This document shows positions 51,001 to 61,991 of a stretch of 64,000 nucleotides of DNA, one piece after another; the stretch's first letter is position 1, and each line of letters starts with the position of its first letter. The translations under genes and the position numbers were made by a program. Source of the DNA: Azolla caroliniana (Eukaryota > Plantae > Polypodiophyta); the NCBI GenBank assembly GCA_043228905.1, contig JBHGNT010000009.1:372001-436000 (forward strand), read 5' to 3'. Under the pieces are notes generated by a model. It was not told the origin of the DNA. It worked only from the letters and a program-made list of their open reading frames with translations, and made no database searches.

Positions 51001-53327
51001 AATGGATTCGGATGAAGAGGAAACGGAGGAGCCGGTTACCGAAGCTCCGGAACGGAGATATCCTCTAAGAGAGAGAAGGGCCCCCCGGAGATTTCCGGAA
51101 CCAGAGCACGTGCTGCTAACCGACGAGGGGGAGCCGGAGAGTTTTGAAGAAGCAAAGCTTGACACCCATAGCCACAGGTGGTTAAGTGCCATGCAGGAGG
51201 AGATGGATTCCCTGCATGAGAACCACACATATGAACTTGTGGAGTTGCCGAAAGGAAAGCGGGCACTTCGAAACAAGTGGGTGTTCAAGCTGAAACCGGG
51301 AGATGCCGGAAACCCCCCGAGATATAAAGCCAGGATCGTGGTGAAGGGGTTCCAGCAGAAGAAGGGCGTCGACTTTGACGAGATATTTGCCCCGGTAGTG
51401 AAGATGACCTCCATACGGACGGTGCTGAGCATAGCGGCAAGCATGGACCTCGAGGTAGAACAGATGGACATGAAGACGGCATTCCTTCACGGCGACCTCG
51501 AAGAAGAGATCTACATGCAGCAACCGGAAGGATTCGAGAAGAAAGGGAAGGAGCACCTGGTATGCCGGTTGAAGAAGAGCCTTTACGGACTGAAGCAGGC
51601 TCCCCGGCAATGGTACCGGAAGTTCGACTCTTTCATGACCGACGAAGGGTACCACAAAACGCAGTCCGATCACTGCGTGTTTGTGAAGAAGTTCGAAGGA
51701 GGAGACTTTCTAATACTCCTCCTGTACGTGGACGACATGTTGATCGTCGGACGGGACCAGGTCAAGATACGGATGCTAAAGAAAGCGCTTCACCGAACCT
51801 TCTCAATGAAGGACCTGGGTCCGGCGAGGCAAATACTAGGGATGCACATCATCCGGGACCGGAAGAAGAAGCAGTTGTGGCTGTCACAGGAGAAGTACGT
51901 GACAAAGGTGCTTCACCGGTTCAACATGTCGGAAGCAAGACCTGTCGGGTCAACCCTCCCGGCAAACTGCAAGTTGTCCAGCAAGCAAAGCCCCAAGACA
52001 AAGGCTGAGAAGGAGGACATGATGAAAGTACCATATGCCTCTGCTGTCGGAAGTTTGATGTACGCAATGGTGTGTACAAGACCGGACATAGGATATGCAG
52101 TCGGAGTGGTGAGCCGGTACATGAGCAATCCCGGCAAAGAGCACTGGAACGCGGCCAAGTGGATACTCCAATACCTGAAGGGCACGGCAAACGTGTGCCT
52201 CCGATTCGGCTCCGGTAAGCCCGAACTCGACGGCTTTACCGATTCGGATATGTCGGCTGATGCAGATACCAGCCGGTCCACATCAGGGTATGTGATGACG
52301 TATGCAGGGGGAGCTATTTCGTGGCAGTCGAGGCTGCAGAAGACGGTTGCGTTGTCAACTACGGAGGCGGAGTACATGGCGGCTGTTGAAGCCGGCAAGG
52401 AAATAATATGGATGAAGGACTTCATTAGAGAGCTCGGTATCCGGCAGGAGGAGTACCGACTCTACTGCGACAGTCAGAGTGCCATCCACCTTGCGAAGAA
52501 CGCGGCCTATCACTCCCGGACAAAGCACATCCAACGAAGATATCACTGGATCCGGGAAAGGATAGAAGACCAAGAGTTCGTGCTGACGAAGATTCACACG
52601 GACGAGAACGGGTCAGATATGCTGACCAAAGTGCTCACACCCGACAAGCTGGAAGCGTGCCGGAAGAGGGTCGGACTGGAAAGACATCCCATGCCGAAGT
52701 GAAGGGGGAGTTTTTTGGGATTACGGTCCCTCCGGATGGGATGGTCGGATGTCCGGGAATCCGGATGATGAAGACCCGGTTCCGGATCCGGATGATGAAG
52801 ACCCGGTTCCGGATCCGGATGATGAAGACCCCGGCTACGGAGCCGGATGACGAATGTACCCGGAGAGAGATCCGGATGCGGGGACATATTTGTGAATATG
52901 TTTGCCAAGGGCCCTCGAGGCTATACTTGTAAATAGCCCGAAAGTCATATGTGTATAAATATGACTTAGGGCAAACAGTTTTGTTGTTGTTGCTCATTTT
53001 TTCTGTTTTCCACTTAGAGGGAGCGAAGTGAGAGCAGCCGAGAGAGAGAGAGAGAGAGAGAGACGAAGAGGTCGTTGCCTATGTGTATTACCGCCGCCTG
53101 TGGCGAAGACAGTGAGCTCAAGGTTGTTGCCTTGTAGCTTCACCATTGTACATCTCTGTTTATAGTGATAGTTGGAGTTTGAGGACTCCCGTGGTTTTTC
53201 CCACTAAGGGTTTTCCACGTAAAATATCCTGTGTACTCTTCTCTCTATTGTCTTCGTGCATTTTGTATTTCCTGTTTTCTGTGAGTCGATCCTATTCCTC
53301 GGTTGTGGCCGAGCACGGTGTTTAACA
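48010..53327 (+). mobile_element. Copia element D, full length and young, nested in RT/RNase H of element A
   Basis: TSD AGAGG at 48005-48009 and 53328-53332. LTRs 48010-48597 and 52713-53327 are nearly identical (about 4 substitutions plus one 27-bp repeat unit). PBS tggtatcagagc at 48601, PPT gaagggggag at 52701. Confidence 0.96.
48629..52702 (+). pseudogene. Copia gag-pol with a single in-frame stop
   Basis: ORFs 48629-49759 and 49778-52702 are in frame. The TGA at 49757 corresponds to CGA (VRHVPEV) in the sister element E. All copia motifs are present. Confidence 0.92.
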
Positions 53328-54219
53328 AGAGGGACCAAAGATACACAACTGACTTTCGGTTTGACAACCTTAGTCGAAGTCAAAGGTTACACTGACTCCG
53401 ACTATGCCGAAAATACGGACAATCAGAAGTCAACATCAGGCTATATTTTCACCTATGGTGGCGTTGCGATATCATGGAGATCGAAGCGTCAAGAGTGCAC
53501 AACCCTGATGACCACAAAGGCTGAGTACATAGCAACATCGGAGGCAGCGAAGGAAGCGACATGGCTACACCGACTGTCTGCCAACTTCTCATCTACAAGT
53601 CGAATCAACCGACCAACGCTGACCATCTATTGCGACTCGCAGAGTGCAATTCGCCTCATTAACAATCCCGTCTATCACGCAAAGACGAAGCACATTGAGG
53701 TACAATATCATCACATCCAGGAGCTCATAACTGAGAAGAGGCTTGAAGTCCGAAAGATCGACACCGAGGTGAACATCGTCAATTGCCTGACAAAGCCACT
53801 CCCAGATCAATGCTTTAGAGTACTAAGGACAAAGATGGGACTACGACAAGCAACTGAGCAGAAGAAAGCCGAACAAGGAGTAGAAGGTAAGAGTCAATCG
53901 AATCAATCATGATAATGATCCATGCTAGGATCGACACGGACCTCACTTATGCCGACTCGACTATATGCCGACCGACTTGTAACATAAATTTAGATTAGTG
54001 TTGTAATCTAGGTTTACGGGGGAGACAACCCCAAACACATGTACATGTAGGAAAGACTAGTCCTTTTACGGGGGAGTTTGTTGGCATAAAAGGCTGACTC
54101 CTTCCACTTTGTATCCTAGTGTGAATTCGTACATATAGTTAGGGATTAGTATATAAGCGATAACCTAATGTTGTAAAGAGAGAGCATCGCTTGATCATTC
54201 TCTTATAGAGTCTCTAAGA

Positions 54220-55646
54220 GATAGATAGATAGATAGATTATATTATCATCTTCGGAGGTCAAATATGACCTATGAGACCAAAAATATTACATTTCACGTG
54301 ATATGTGTGCCCTATGTGTGAAAGTGAGTAGTGACTCTCGATGTTCAAGAACTTTACCAATGAATGTTGCAATCGAGAGTGCACATTGTGGTTGTGAGAG
54401 GAATTCATCCAAAGATTGGGCTCAGTTGAAGAGATGTGGAAAGCATGGTTGAATATGATCAAAGGCAGAGCATTGTATCAAAGTGTGATACTCAGACTCG
54501 TGAACTTGTTTAGGGCAAAGTGTGCATAGCCAACCACTCTCATCACTTGTGCCCCAACGCCCTATTTCACATCACAATGCATGTGAGCTAAGTCGCATGG
54601 AAGCAATGGTTCGAATGGCAGATAACGGTATGGACTCTAACATGTATCGATGTGTATGATTTCCCCGTTCCGCAAAGAATATGGTTTTGTAGTTAGGTGC
54701 AACATGTGTAGTATAATGTGTGAAGCGCGAGCCTCCACATTTGTCCCATGTCATGATACATTGGCGTTGCAAAAAGGCATCATTTACACAGGAATCTAAT
54801 GATGCATCATGAAGCAAGTGTCTCGCATCCCATCTACCAAACCATTTTTCAATATCTTGCATCCAACCCGGAACACAAAATTTTGCTTTTATGCGTCTTT
54901 TGGATCTTTTTGCTTGCTTCCCACGCAATTCTAGGAAGTCGATGTGAGGGATTTTTTTGAACCTTAAGCATGTATTCAACAACCCTTTCCATGGCCATGG
55001 TCTCAATGGGAAGTGATCTCGTCTCAAGGAGGAGGAGGAGGGTGTAGAGCGTTTGTTTCTTAACTTGTAGAAACTTTGTAAGAAAATGTTTTTGGACATT
55101 TTCAAACTCTTTCCACATAGATTTAGGGATGTTACCGCCTCATACTTCCACCCCATAGATAAGAACCAGTGTCACCAAAGTGTCGAAAAGATATTTCTTG
55201 AGGAACCAACACTTAATATCTCCAAGGTTGCATGTGTTCTCAAATGCATAATATGCTCGCTTACCCGCCTCTAAGCGGCATGTAGCACATTCATTCCATC
55301 TATGATTTGAAGGAACTTCAAGGCCAAGATATTTGAAGCTTTCCACACATTCAAGTGGCTCATTGTTGTACATAATGCATGGTTTATCTCTTTTTTGGCT
55401 CTTCATAAGCATAATCTTTGTTTTAGAGCTATTGACACTTAATTTAGTATGCATGCAAAAAAAAAAATCCAATGTCTTCATAAGCTTTTGTGCATCTCGT
55501 AAAGTATTTGCAAAAAGCACTACATCATCTGCATATAGCAAAAGCATAATCACAACATTCCCAATGGCAACTTCTTCAACACATTCTTCCTTTGCAAACT
55601 TGGTAACCATTTCTTCCAATTCATCAATGCATAGACCAAATAGTGT

Positions 55647-55651
<5 letters not shown>
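54220..55651 (-). mobile_element. 5'-truncated RTE-like non-LTR retrotransposon (LINE) fragment
   Basis: RT motifs LLYADDVVL, KTKIM, ESFKYLG, VLIYGVEVW in broken frames. The 3' end is a (TATC)n tail. Inserted in the (GA)n tract of the element A 3' LTR. Confidence 0.82.
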
Positions 55652-55678
<27 letters not shown>

Positions 55679-56884
55679 ACAGAAATAAAGAGAGCTTCCA
55701 TTAAAGCTTCATCTGTGTATTTAACATCTGTCAATATCTTCTTGCCCTCCTTTTGTGTTGTTTGCTGAGCACAACCGACAAATCCTCACATACGTTTCCA
55801 TATCAGGCTTCATCCAATATACCACCACATTTACAATGACCAAGCATCCTCTATTTTCCATATTGAACGTAAAACTCAAGCAAATTATTATGGTATAGAG
55901 GTCATTTTGTATGCCTCGATCCATGAATTCAGCATCTATGAACATGCCTTCATGTAAAGGCATGTGATCGACACCCATCTTGAGGGATCTCAGCCCATCG
56001 AACAGTTTATATGCATCTGATCAACTTCCACATGTTGCATACATATCAAATGTGCTTCTAATGAGCATATCCAATTTTATACCTAGCTAAGCGATGGAAA
56101 TATGGATTTCTTTTCCTTTCTTTTAAATCAGATGTGTTCGACCATGAAAATCACATCTCGAATGCAAGATTTGAAGAACAATGATTCCATCCATCACATA
56201 ATAAGAAATGGAATTCTTTCGAATGCATACGTAAGAGCATCCTCCCCCCACCTATCTCAATGACTCCATCCATATCATAAGAAGAAATGGAATTCTGCAT
56301 ACAAATCATTTAGCATATTAGTGATTACAAGATCATGTTCCAAACCCTATTTTCATATTTTACTTCTTATCCTTTTTCTATTGCTCGAAGGGCAAAATTC
56401 CAGATAAGCCATGTTGCCACTATTTCTTTTGATATAAAACAACCCTAAGTCCATTCAGGATTCTGCTTTGCCAATATCTTTGAGATCTATGAGATCTATG
56501 GAAAGTCAAAGGTAATGACTTGATGCTGACCATAAGTAGCAATGCAATATTTACAAATTCTTGGGCCGATGCATACCACACAAACCTCTCTTCAAAGTTA
56601 TCACCTATCATGGACACACCAACTTCAGACTACGATGGAGCATGGATGACGAGGCTACGACCGATAAGTGGAACCAGAAGTGATGAGGCTAGGAACTCTA
56701 GAAGTTGTGAGCAACAAGATTGTCAACATAGGAAGCTAGGATTAATTGGAGCACATAAAGACAAAGATGAAGAAGGAGATAAGATGGAATGGAACAAGAA
56801 GACTAGATTGATGTGTCAATGACTGGCATTAAATCCCTTGAAAGGGACCACGGAGGTTACAAGTATTTATACAAGTACTAAGAT

Positions 56885-57000
56885 TGAATATCTCTAGAAT
56901 ATACTCGAGAAATATCTCTAGAATATACTCGTCTAGAATACACCACAGAATATTTCTAGAATATTTCTAGAATATACTAAAGAGTAGAATATTCTGGAAT
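56885..57000. repeat. Degenerate short tandem repeat (tctagaatat...)
   Basis: Several tctagaatat(a/t) units. Such repeats are typical of LTR remnants. Confidence 0.55.
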
Positions 57001-57021
57001 TTACTATATGATAGACTATAT

Positions 57022-60000
57022 TGACGAGAATCAACGCTCCGATTCTCCTCCACCACTCGGCCACAACCGAGAAGTCACTTATCGACACAGCAGAAAATAG
57101 GAAATACAGAGAAAGACACGATGACACACGGATTAACGTGGAAAACCCTATACGGGAAAAACCACGGGAGTGCAAGACTCCAAACAAAACTATGCACAGA
57201 GAAATATACAATGGCGAGCTGCAAGGCGACGACCTTGAGCTCGCTATCCTCACCACAGGCGGCGGTATTACACAGAGGCGTCGACCTCTCCCTCTCTCTC
57301 ACGCTCTGTCTCTCTCACGGCTGCTCTCTCTTCACTCCTCTTGAGTGGAAAAACAAAAATGAGTAGCAACAACAACATAAAACTGTTTGCCCTAAGTCAT
57401 ATTTATACACATATGACTTTCGGGCTATTTACAAATATAGCCTCAAGGGCCCTTGGCAAACATATTCACAAATATGTCCCCGCATCCGGATCTCTCTCCG
57501 GGTACATTCATCATCCGGCTCCGTAGCTGGGGTATTCATCATCCGGCTCCGTAGCCGGGGTCTTCGTCATCCGGCTCCGTAGCCGGGGTCTTCGTCATCC
57601 GGCTCCGTAGCCGGGGTCTTCGTCATCCGGATCCGGAAACCGGGTCTTCGTCATCCGGATCCGAAAACCGGGTCTTCGTCATCCGGATCCGGAAACCGGG
57701 TCTTCGCCATCCGGCTCCGGATCTCGGGTCTTCATTCCCGATTCCCGGACATCCGACCATCCCATCCGGAGGGACCGTAATCCCAACAAACTCCCCCTTC
57801 ACTTCGGCATGGGATGTCTTTCCAGTCCGACCCTCTTCCGGCATGCTTCCAGCTTGTCGGGTGTGAGCACCTTGGTCAGCATATCCGACCCGTTCTCGTC
57901 CGTGTGGATCTTTGTCAGCACGAACTCCTTATCTTCTATCCTTTCCCGGATCCAGTGATATCTTCGCTGGATGTGCTTCGTCCGGGAATGGTAGGCCGCG
58001 TTCTTCGCAAGGTGGATGGCACTCTGACTGTCGCAGTAGAGTCGGTACTCCTCTTGCCGGATACCGAGCTCTCTAATGAAATCCTTCATCCATATCATTT
58101 CCTTGCCGGCTTCAACAGCCGCCATGTACTCCGCCTCCGTGGTTGACAATGCAACCGTCTTCTGCAGCCTCGACTGCCACGAAACAGCTCCCCCTGCATA
58201 CGTCATCACATACCCAGATGTGGACCGGCTGGTATCTGCATCAGCCGACATATCCGAATCGGTAAAGCCGTCGAGTTCGGGCTTACAGGAGCCGAATCGG
58301 AGGCACACGTTTGTCGTGCCCTTCAGGTATCGGAGTATCCATTTGACCGTGTTCCAGTGTTCCTTGCCGGGATTACTCATGTACCGGCTCACCACTCCGA
58401 CTGCGTATCCAATGTCCGGTCGGGTACACACCATTGCGTACATCAAGCTTCCGACGGCAGAGGCGTATGGTACTTTCATCATGTCCTCCTTCTCAGCCTT
58501 TGTCTTGGGGCTTTGCTTGCTGGACAACTTGCAGTTTGCCGGGAGGGTTGACCCGACCGGTCTTGCTTCCGACATGTTGAACCGGTGAAGCACCTTTGTC
58601 ACGTACTTCTCCTGTGACAGCCACAACTGCTTCTTCCTCCGGTCCCGGATGATGTGCATCCCTAGTATTTGCCTCGCCGGACCCAAGTCCTTCATTGAGA
58701 AGGTTCGGTGAAGAGCCTTCTTCAGCATCCGTATCTTGACCTGGTCCCGTCCGACGATCAACATGTCGTCCACGTACAGGAGGAGTATCAGGAATTCTCC
58801 TCCTTCGAACTTCTTCACAAACACGCAGTGATCGGACTGCGTTTTGTTGTACCCTTCGTCTGTCATGAAGGAGTCGAACTTCCGGTACCATTGCCGGGGA
58901 GCCTGCTTCAGACCGTAAAGGCTCTTCTTCAACCAGCATACCAGGTGCTCCTTTCCTTTCTTCTCGAATCCTTCCGGTTGCTGCATGTAGATCTCTTCTT
59001 CGAGGTCACCGTGAAGGAATGCCGTCTTCACGTCCATCTGTTCTACCTCGAGGTCCATGCTTGCCGCTATGCTCAGCACCGTCCGGATGGAGGTCATCTT
59101 CACTACCGGGGCAAATATCTCGTCAAAGTCGACGCCCTTCTTCTGCTGGAACCCCTTCACCACGATCCTGGCTTTGTATCTCGGGGGGTTTCCGGCATCT
59201 CCCGGTTTCAGCTTGAACACCCACTTGTTACGGAGTGCCCGTTTTCCTTTCGGCAACTCCACAAGTTCATATGTGTGGTTCTCATGCAGGGATTCCATCT
59301 CCTCCTGCATTGCACTTAGCCACCTGTGGCTATGGGTGTCATGCTTCGCTTCTTCAAAGCTCTCCGGCTCCCCCTCGTCGGTTAGCAGCACGTGCTCCGG
59401 TTCCGGAAATCTCCGGGGGGCCCTTCTCTCTCTTAGAGGATATCTCCGTTCCGGAGCTTCGGTAACCGGCTCCTCCGTTTCCTCTTCATCCGAATCCATT
59501 TCGGGATCGGGGCCGGTTCCGGTATCATTTTCATCTTCTTCAGCCGGTTCTGTTTCTTCACCGTCTTCGGCCGGATCTTCGAGTGTTAACCGGTCCCTTG
59601 CCGGTCGGGACTGCTCCTCGTAGAGTTGATTCTCACCAGTCGACTTGGAGCTCTTCATCTTCTTCTCCGACTCCCAGTCGGCGAGTGTCTTGTCCTCCAT
59701 GAAGATGATATCTCGACTCCTGAATATCTTCTTGTCGACCGGGTCCCATACTCGGTAGCCGAACTCGTCGTTGCCGTAACCGAGGAATATGCATGGCCGG
59801 GTCTTTGGATCTAACTTTCCTCTCCGGTCCTTTGCCACATGCACGTATGCGAGACACCCGAACACCTTCAGATGCCGGTAGGATACTTCCCTACCGGTCC
59901 ACACTTTTTGCGGCGTGTCTCCGTCCAAAGGTACTGAGGGTGATCTGTTAATCACGTATGTCGCTGTCGACATTGCCTCAGCCCAAAACCCCTTGGGTAA

Positions 60001-61770
60001 TTTCGCATGCGCCAGCATACTCCGGACCCTCTCCATTATGGTCCGGTTCATCCTCTCGGCCAGCCCGTTCAGTTCCGGCGTCTTCGGCACTGCGAACTCG
60101 AGCCGGATTCCCTTCGAGCGACAGTACTCCGCGAACTGCCCCCGGTATTCCCCTCCGTTATCCGCTCGTATCGCTTTCAGCTTCTTGCCGGATTCTCTTT
60201 CCACTCTCGCGTGGAGTTCTTTGAAGACGCACAACACTTGGTCCTTTGTCTTCAACGGTGCCGTCCACAGCTTCCGGCTGTGGTCATCTATGAATGTTAC
60301 GAAGTACTGGGCTCCGCCATGTGACTTCGTTTCTACCTGACACACGTCAGTGTGCACCAACTCCAATGGTGCGCTACGTCTCGTCGGTGGCCTTGAGTGG
60401 AAGGAGATCCGGTTTTGCTTACCGGCCAGACAGTCGGTACACTTCCCCAAGTGTACGTGCTTTACCGGTATCAGGTTGTCTTCGGCAAGTCTCTTCATCC
60501 CCTTCTCGCTCATGTGGCACAGTCTCTTGTGCCACAGCTCACCGGCAGTGTCGGCTGCCACGTTCAACTCTTCCGGACACAACCGGGCATTCATAAGGTA
60601 CAGTGTGTTGATCTTCCGGGCCCGAGCTACTATCAGGCTCCCTTTGCTGAACTTCATGACACCGTTCCGGATGCTACCCGTGTAGCCTTCATCGTCTAGC
60701 CTCCCGGCCGAAATCAGATTCAATCGAACCTCCGGAACGTGTCGAACATCCTTCAGCAGCATCTTGCATCCAGTTGATGTCATCAGCCACACGTCTCCTA
60801 TGCCGGCAATCCGGCACATACCTTCATTTCCCATCCGAACACAGCCATGCTCACCGGCTGTGTAGGATGAGAAGTATTTCTTCTCCGGGGTCAGGTGGAA
60901 CGACGCTCCGGAATCGACCACCCAGGTCATCTCTTCACCGGCAAGGTTCAGCTCTGTCTCTTCGGTAATGAGCATTATCTCTTCTTCACTTGCCGCGAGT
61001 GCCGTCGTTCCTTTCCGGTCCTGCCCTCGCCGATCCGGACCTCTCCGGTCCGTGGCTCCCCGGTATGCACCGTTTCGCTCCGGTGACTTCTTCGAATCGG
61101 TGTCGTCGGCTCCATTGTCCTTTCGGTAATGCCGACAATTCTTCCGGAAATGCCCCGGCTTCCCACAGTGGAAGCATGTGGGTCTTCCTCTTGACTGCGA
61201 CCGGGTCCCCGACTTCTCCCGTCTCTGCGGACTCCGGTTCCATTGTCTTCCTCGTTCCGATTCGGTAAGCAGCGCCTTCGAGTCGGAGGCCGGTTCTTTA
61301 TCTCTCCGACGCGCTTCTTCGTTCAAAATGCTTGTCTTTACCGTTTGTAGAGACAAGTTATCTTCGGTGCAGGAGGTACTAAGAGTCACCACCAAGTTCT
61401 CCCAGCTTTCCGACAATGTACACATCAGGATGATGGCTTGCATTGCGTCCTCCAACGGGAACTTGATCGCTGCAAGCTGGTTCACGAATCCCATGAACGT
61501 GCTTACGTGTTCCACCATACTCTCGCCGTCCCGGTACTTGAGGTTCACTATCTTCCTCATCAGGGAGGTCCGGTTCAACGCATTCTTCCTCTCGTAGAGG
61601 CCCGACAGCTTCCGCCACATCTCATATGCGTTGGTGTCGTTCGCCACATGTTGCAGAACACTTACATCGACGTATTGCCGAATGGTTGCAACGGCTTTCC
61701 GGTTCAGAAGCCTCCATTCCGTCTCAAGTACCCCCTTCGGTATTTCCGACCTGTCAATCGGTTCGTACAG
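57022..61770 (-). mobile_element. Copia element E (same family as D), 5' end displaced by element F
   Basis: 3' LTR 57022-57788 and PPT 57789-57800. The pol is uninterrupted, and homology with D gag stops abruptly at 61770. Confidence 0.93.
57799..61770 (-). CDS. Copia gag-pol (open from LYEPIDR onward; true N-terminus outside window)
   Basis: Stop-free frame nearly identical to element D protein, with CFHCGKPGHFRKNC, DSGAS, HTDV/DNGGE/AERMN, YVDD and RNase H motifs. Confidence 0.92.
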   Translation of the reverse strand: MYEPIDRSEIPKGVLETEWRLLNRKAVATIRQYVDVSVLQHVANDTNAYEMWRKLSGLYERKNALNRTSLMRKIVNLKYRDGESMVEHVSTFMGFVNQLAAIKFPLEDAMQAIILMCTLSESWENLVVTLSTSCTEDNLSLQTVKTSILNEEARRRDKEPASDSKALLTESERGRQWNRSPQRREKSGTRSQSRGRPTCFHCGKPGHFRKNCRHYRKDNGADDTDSKKSPERNGAYRGATDRRGPDRRGQDRKGTTALAASEEEIMLITEETELNLAGEEMTWVVDSGASFHLTPEKKYFSSYTAGEHGCVRMGNEGMCRIAGIGDVWLMTSTGCKMLLKDVRHVPEVRLNLISAGRLDDEGYTGSIRNGVMKFSKGSLIVARARKINTLYLMNARLCPEELNVAADTAGELWHKRLCHMSEKGMKRLAEDNLIPVKHVHLGKCTDCLAGKQNRISFHSRPPTRRSAPLELVHTDVCQVETKSHGGAQYFVTFIDDHSRKLWTAPLKTKDQVLCVFKELHARVERESGKKLKAIRADNGGEYRGQFAEYCRSKGIRLEFAVPKTPELNGLAERMNRTIMERVRSMLAHAKLPKGFWAEAMSTATYVINRSPSVPLDGDTPQKVWTGREVSYRHLKVFGCLAYVHVAKDRRGKLDPKTRPCIFLGYGNDEFGYRVWDPVDKKIFRSRDIIFMEDKTLADWESEKKMKSSKSTGENQLYEEQSRPARDRLTLEDPAEDGEETEPAEEDENDTGTGPDPEMDSDEEETEEPVTEAPERRYPLRERRAPRRFPEPEHVLLTDEGEPESFEEAKHDTHSHRWLSAMQEEMESLHENHTYELVELPKGKRALRNKWVFKLKPGDAGNPPRYKARIVVKGFQQKKGVDFDEIFAPVVKMTSIRTVLSIAASMDLEVEQMDVKTAFLHGDLEEEIYMQQPEGFEKKGKEHLVCWLKKSLYGLKQAPRQWYRKFDSFMTDEGYNKTQSDHCVFVKKFEGGEFLILLLYVDDMLIVGRDQVKIRMLKKALHRTFSMKDLGPARQILGMHIIRDRRKKQLWLSQEKYVTKVLHRFNMSEARPVGSTLPANCKLSSKQSPKTKAEKEDMMKVPYASAVGSLMYAMVCTRPDIGYAVGVVSRYMSNPGKEHWNTVKWILRYLKGTTNVCLRFGSCKPELDGFTDSDMSADADTSRSTSGYVMTYAGGAVSWQSRLQKTVALSTTEAEYMAAVEAGKEMIWMKDFIRELGIRQEEYRLYCDSQSAIHLAKNAAYHSRTKHIQRRYHWIRERIEDKEFVLTKIHTDENGSDMLTKVLTPDKLEACRKRVGLERHPMPK

Positions 61771-61940
61771 TGTCGAATACATGTGTATAATGGACGTATT
61801 CACACTATCCCGTTTTGGCCATTTATGTAATTAGCATAAAAGGTAGTTGCCCTAAGTCGGTCACTATATATAGTGACCTTGTAACCTCTTTGTGAGGTTG
61901 GATGTTGTATTATTGCTTTGAGAAATAAGAAACTCTTTTT

Positions 61941-61991
<51 letters not shown>

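Larger units (their letters stand above)
37334..55799 (+). mobile_element. Copia element A (degenerate host element, interrupted by three insertions)
   Basis: 5' LTR 37334-37647, PBS tggtatgagag at 37650, gag MASTSG from ~37745. Coding pieces 37745-38028, 44575-48009 and 53328-53912 rejoin at TSDs. PPT gggggag at ~54070. The 3' LTR runs 54079-~54220 and 55652-~55799, split by a LINE. Many stops and frameshifts. Confidence 0.88.

Noticed and set aside
61771-61803. N-terminus MNTSIIHMYST of the 1334-aa ORF
   Set aside because: It is read-through into the LTR of element F. The real gag start is displaced outside the window.
48682-61834. Numerous antisense and alternate-frame ORFs over copia pol genes
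   Set aside because: Shadow ORFs expected from GC-rich coding sequence. They recur only because the elements are paralogous.
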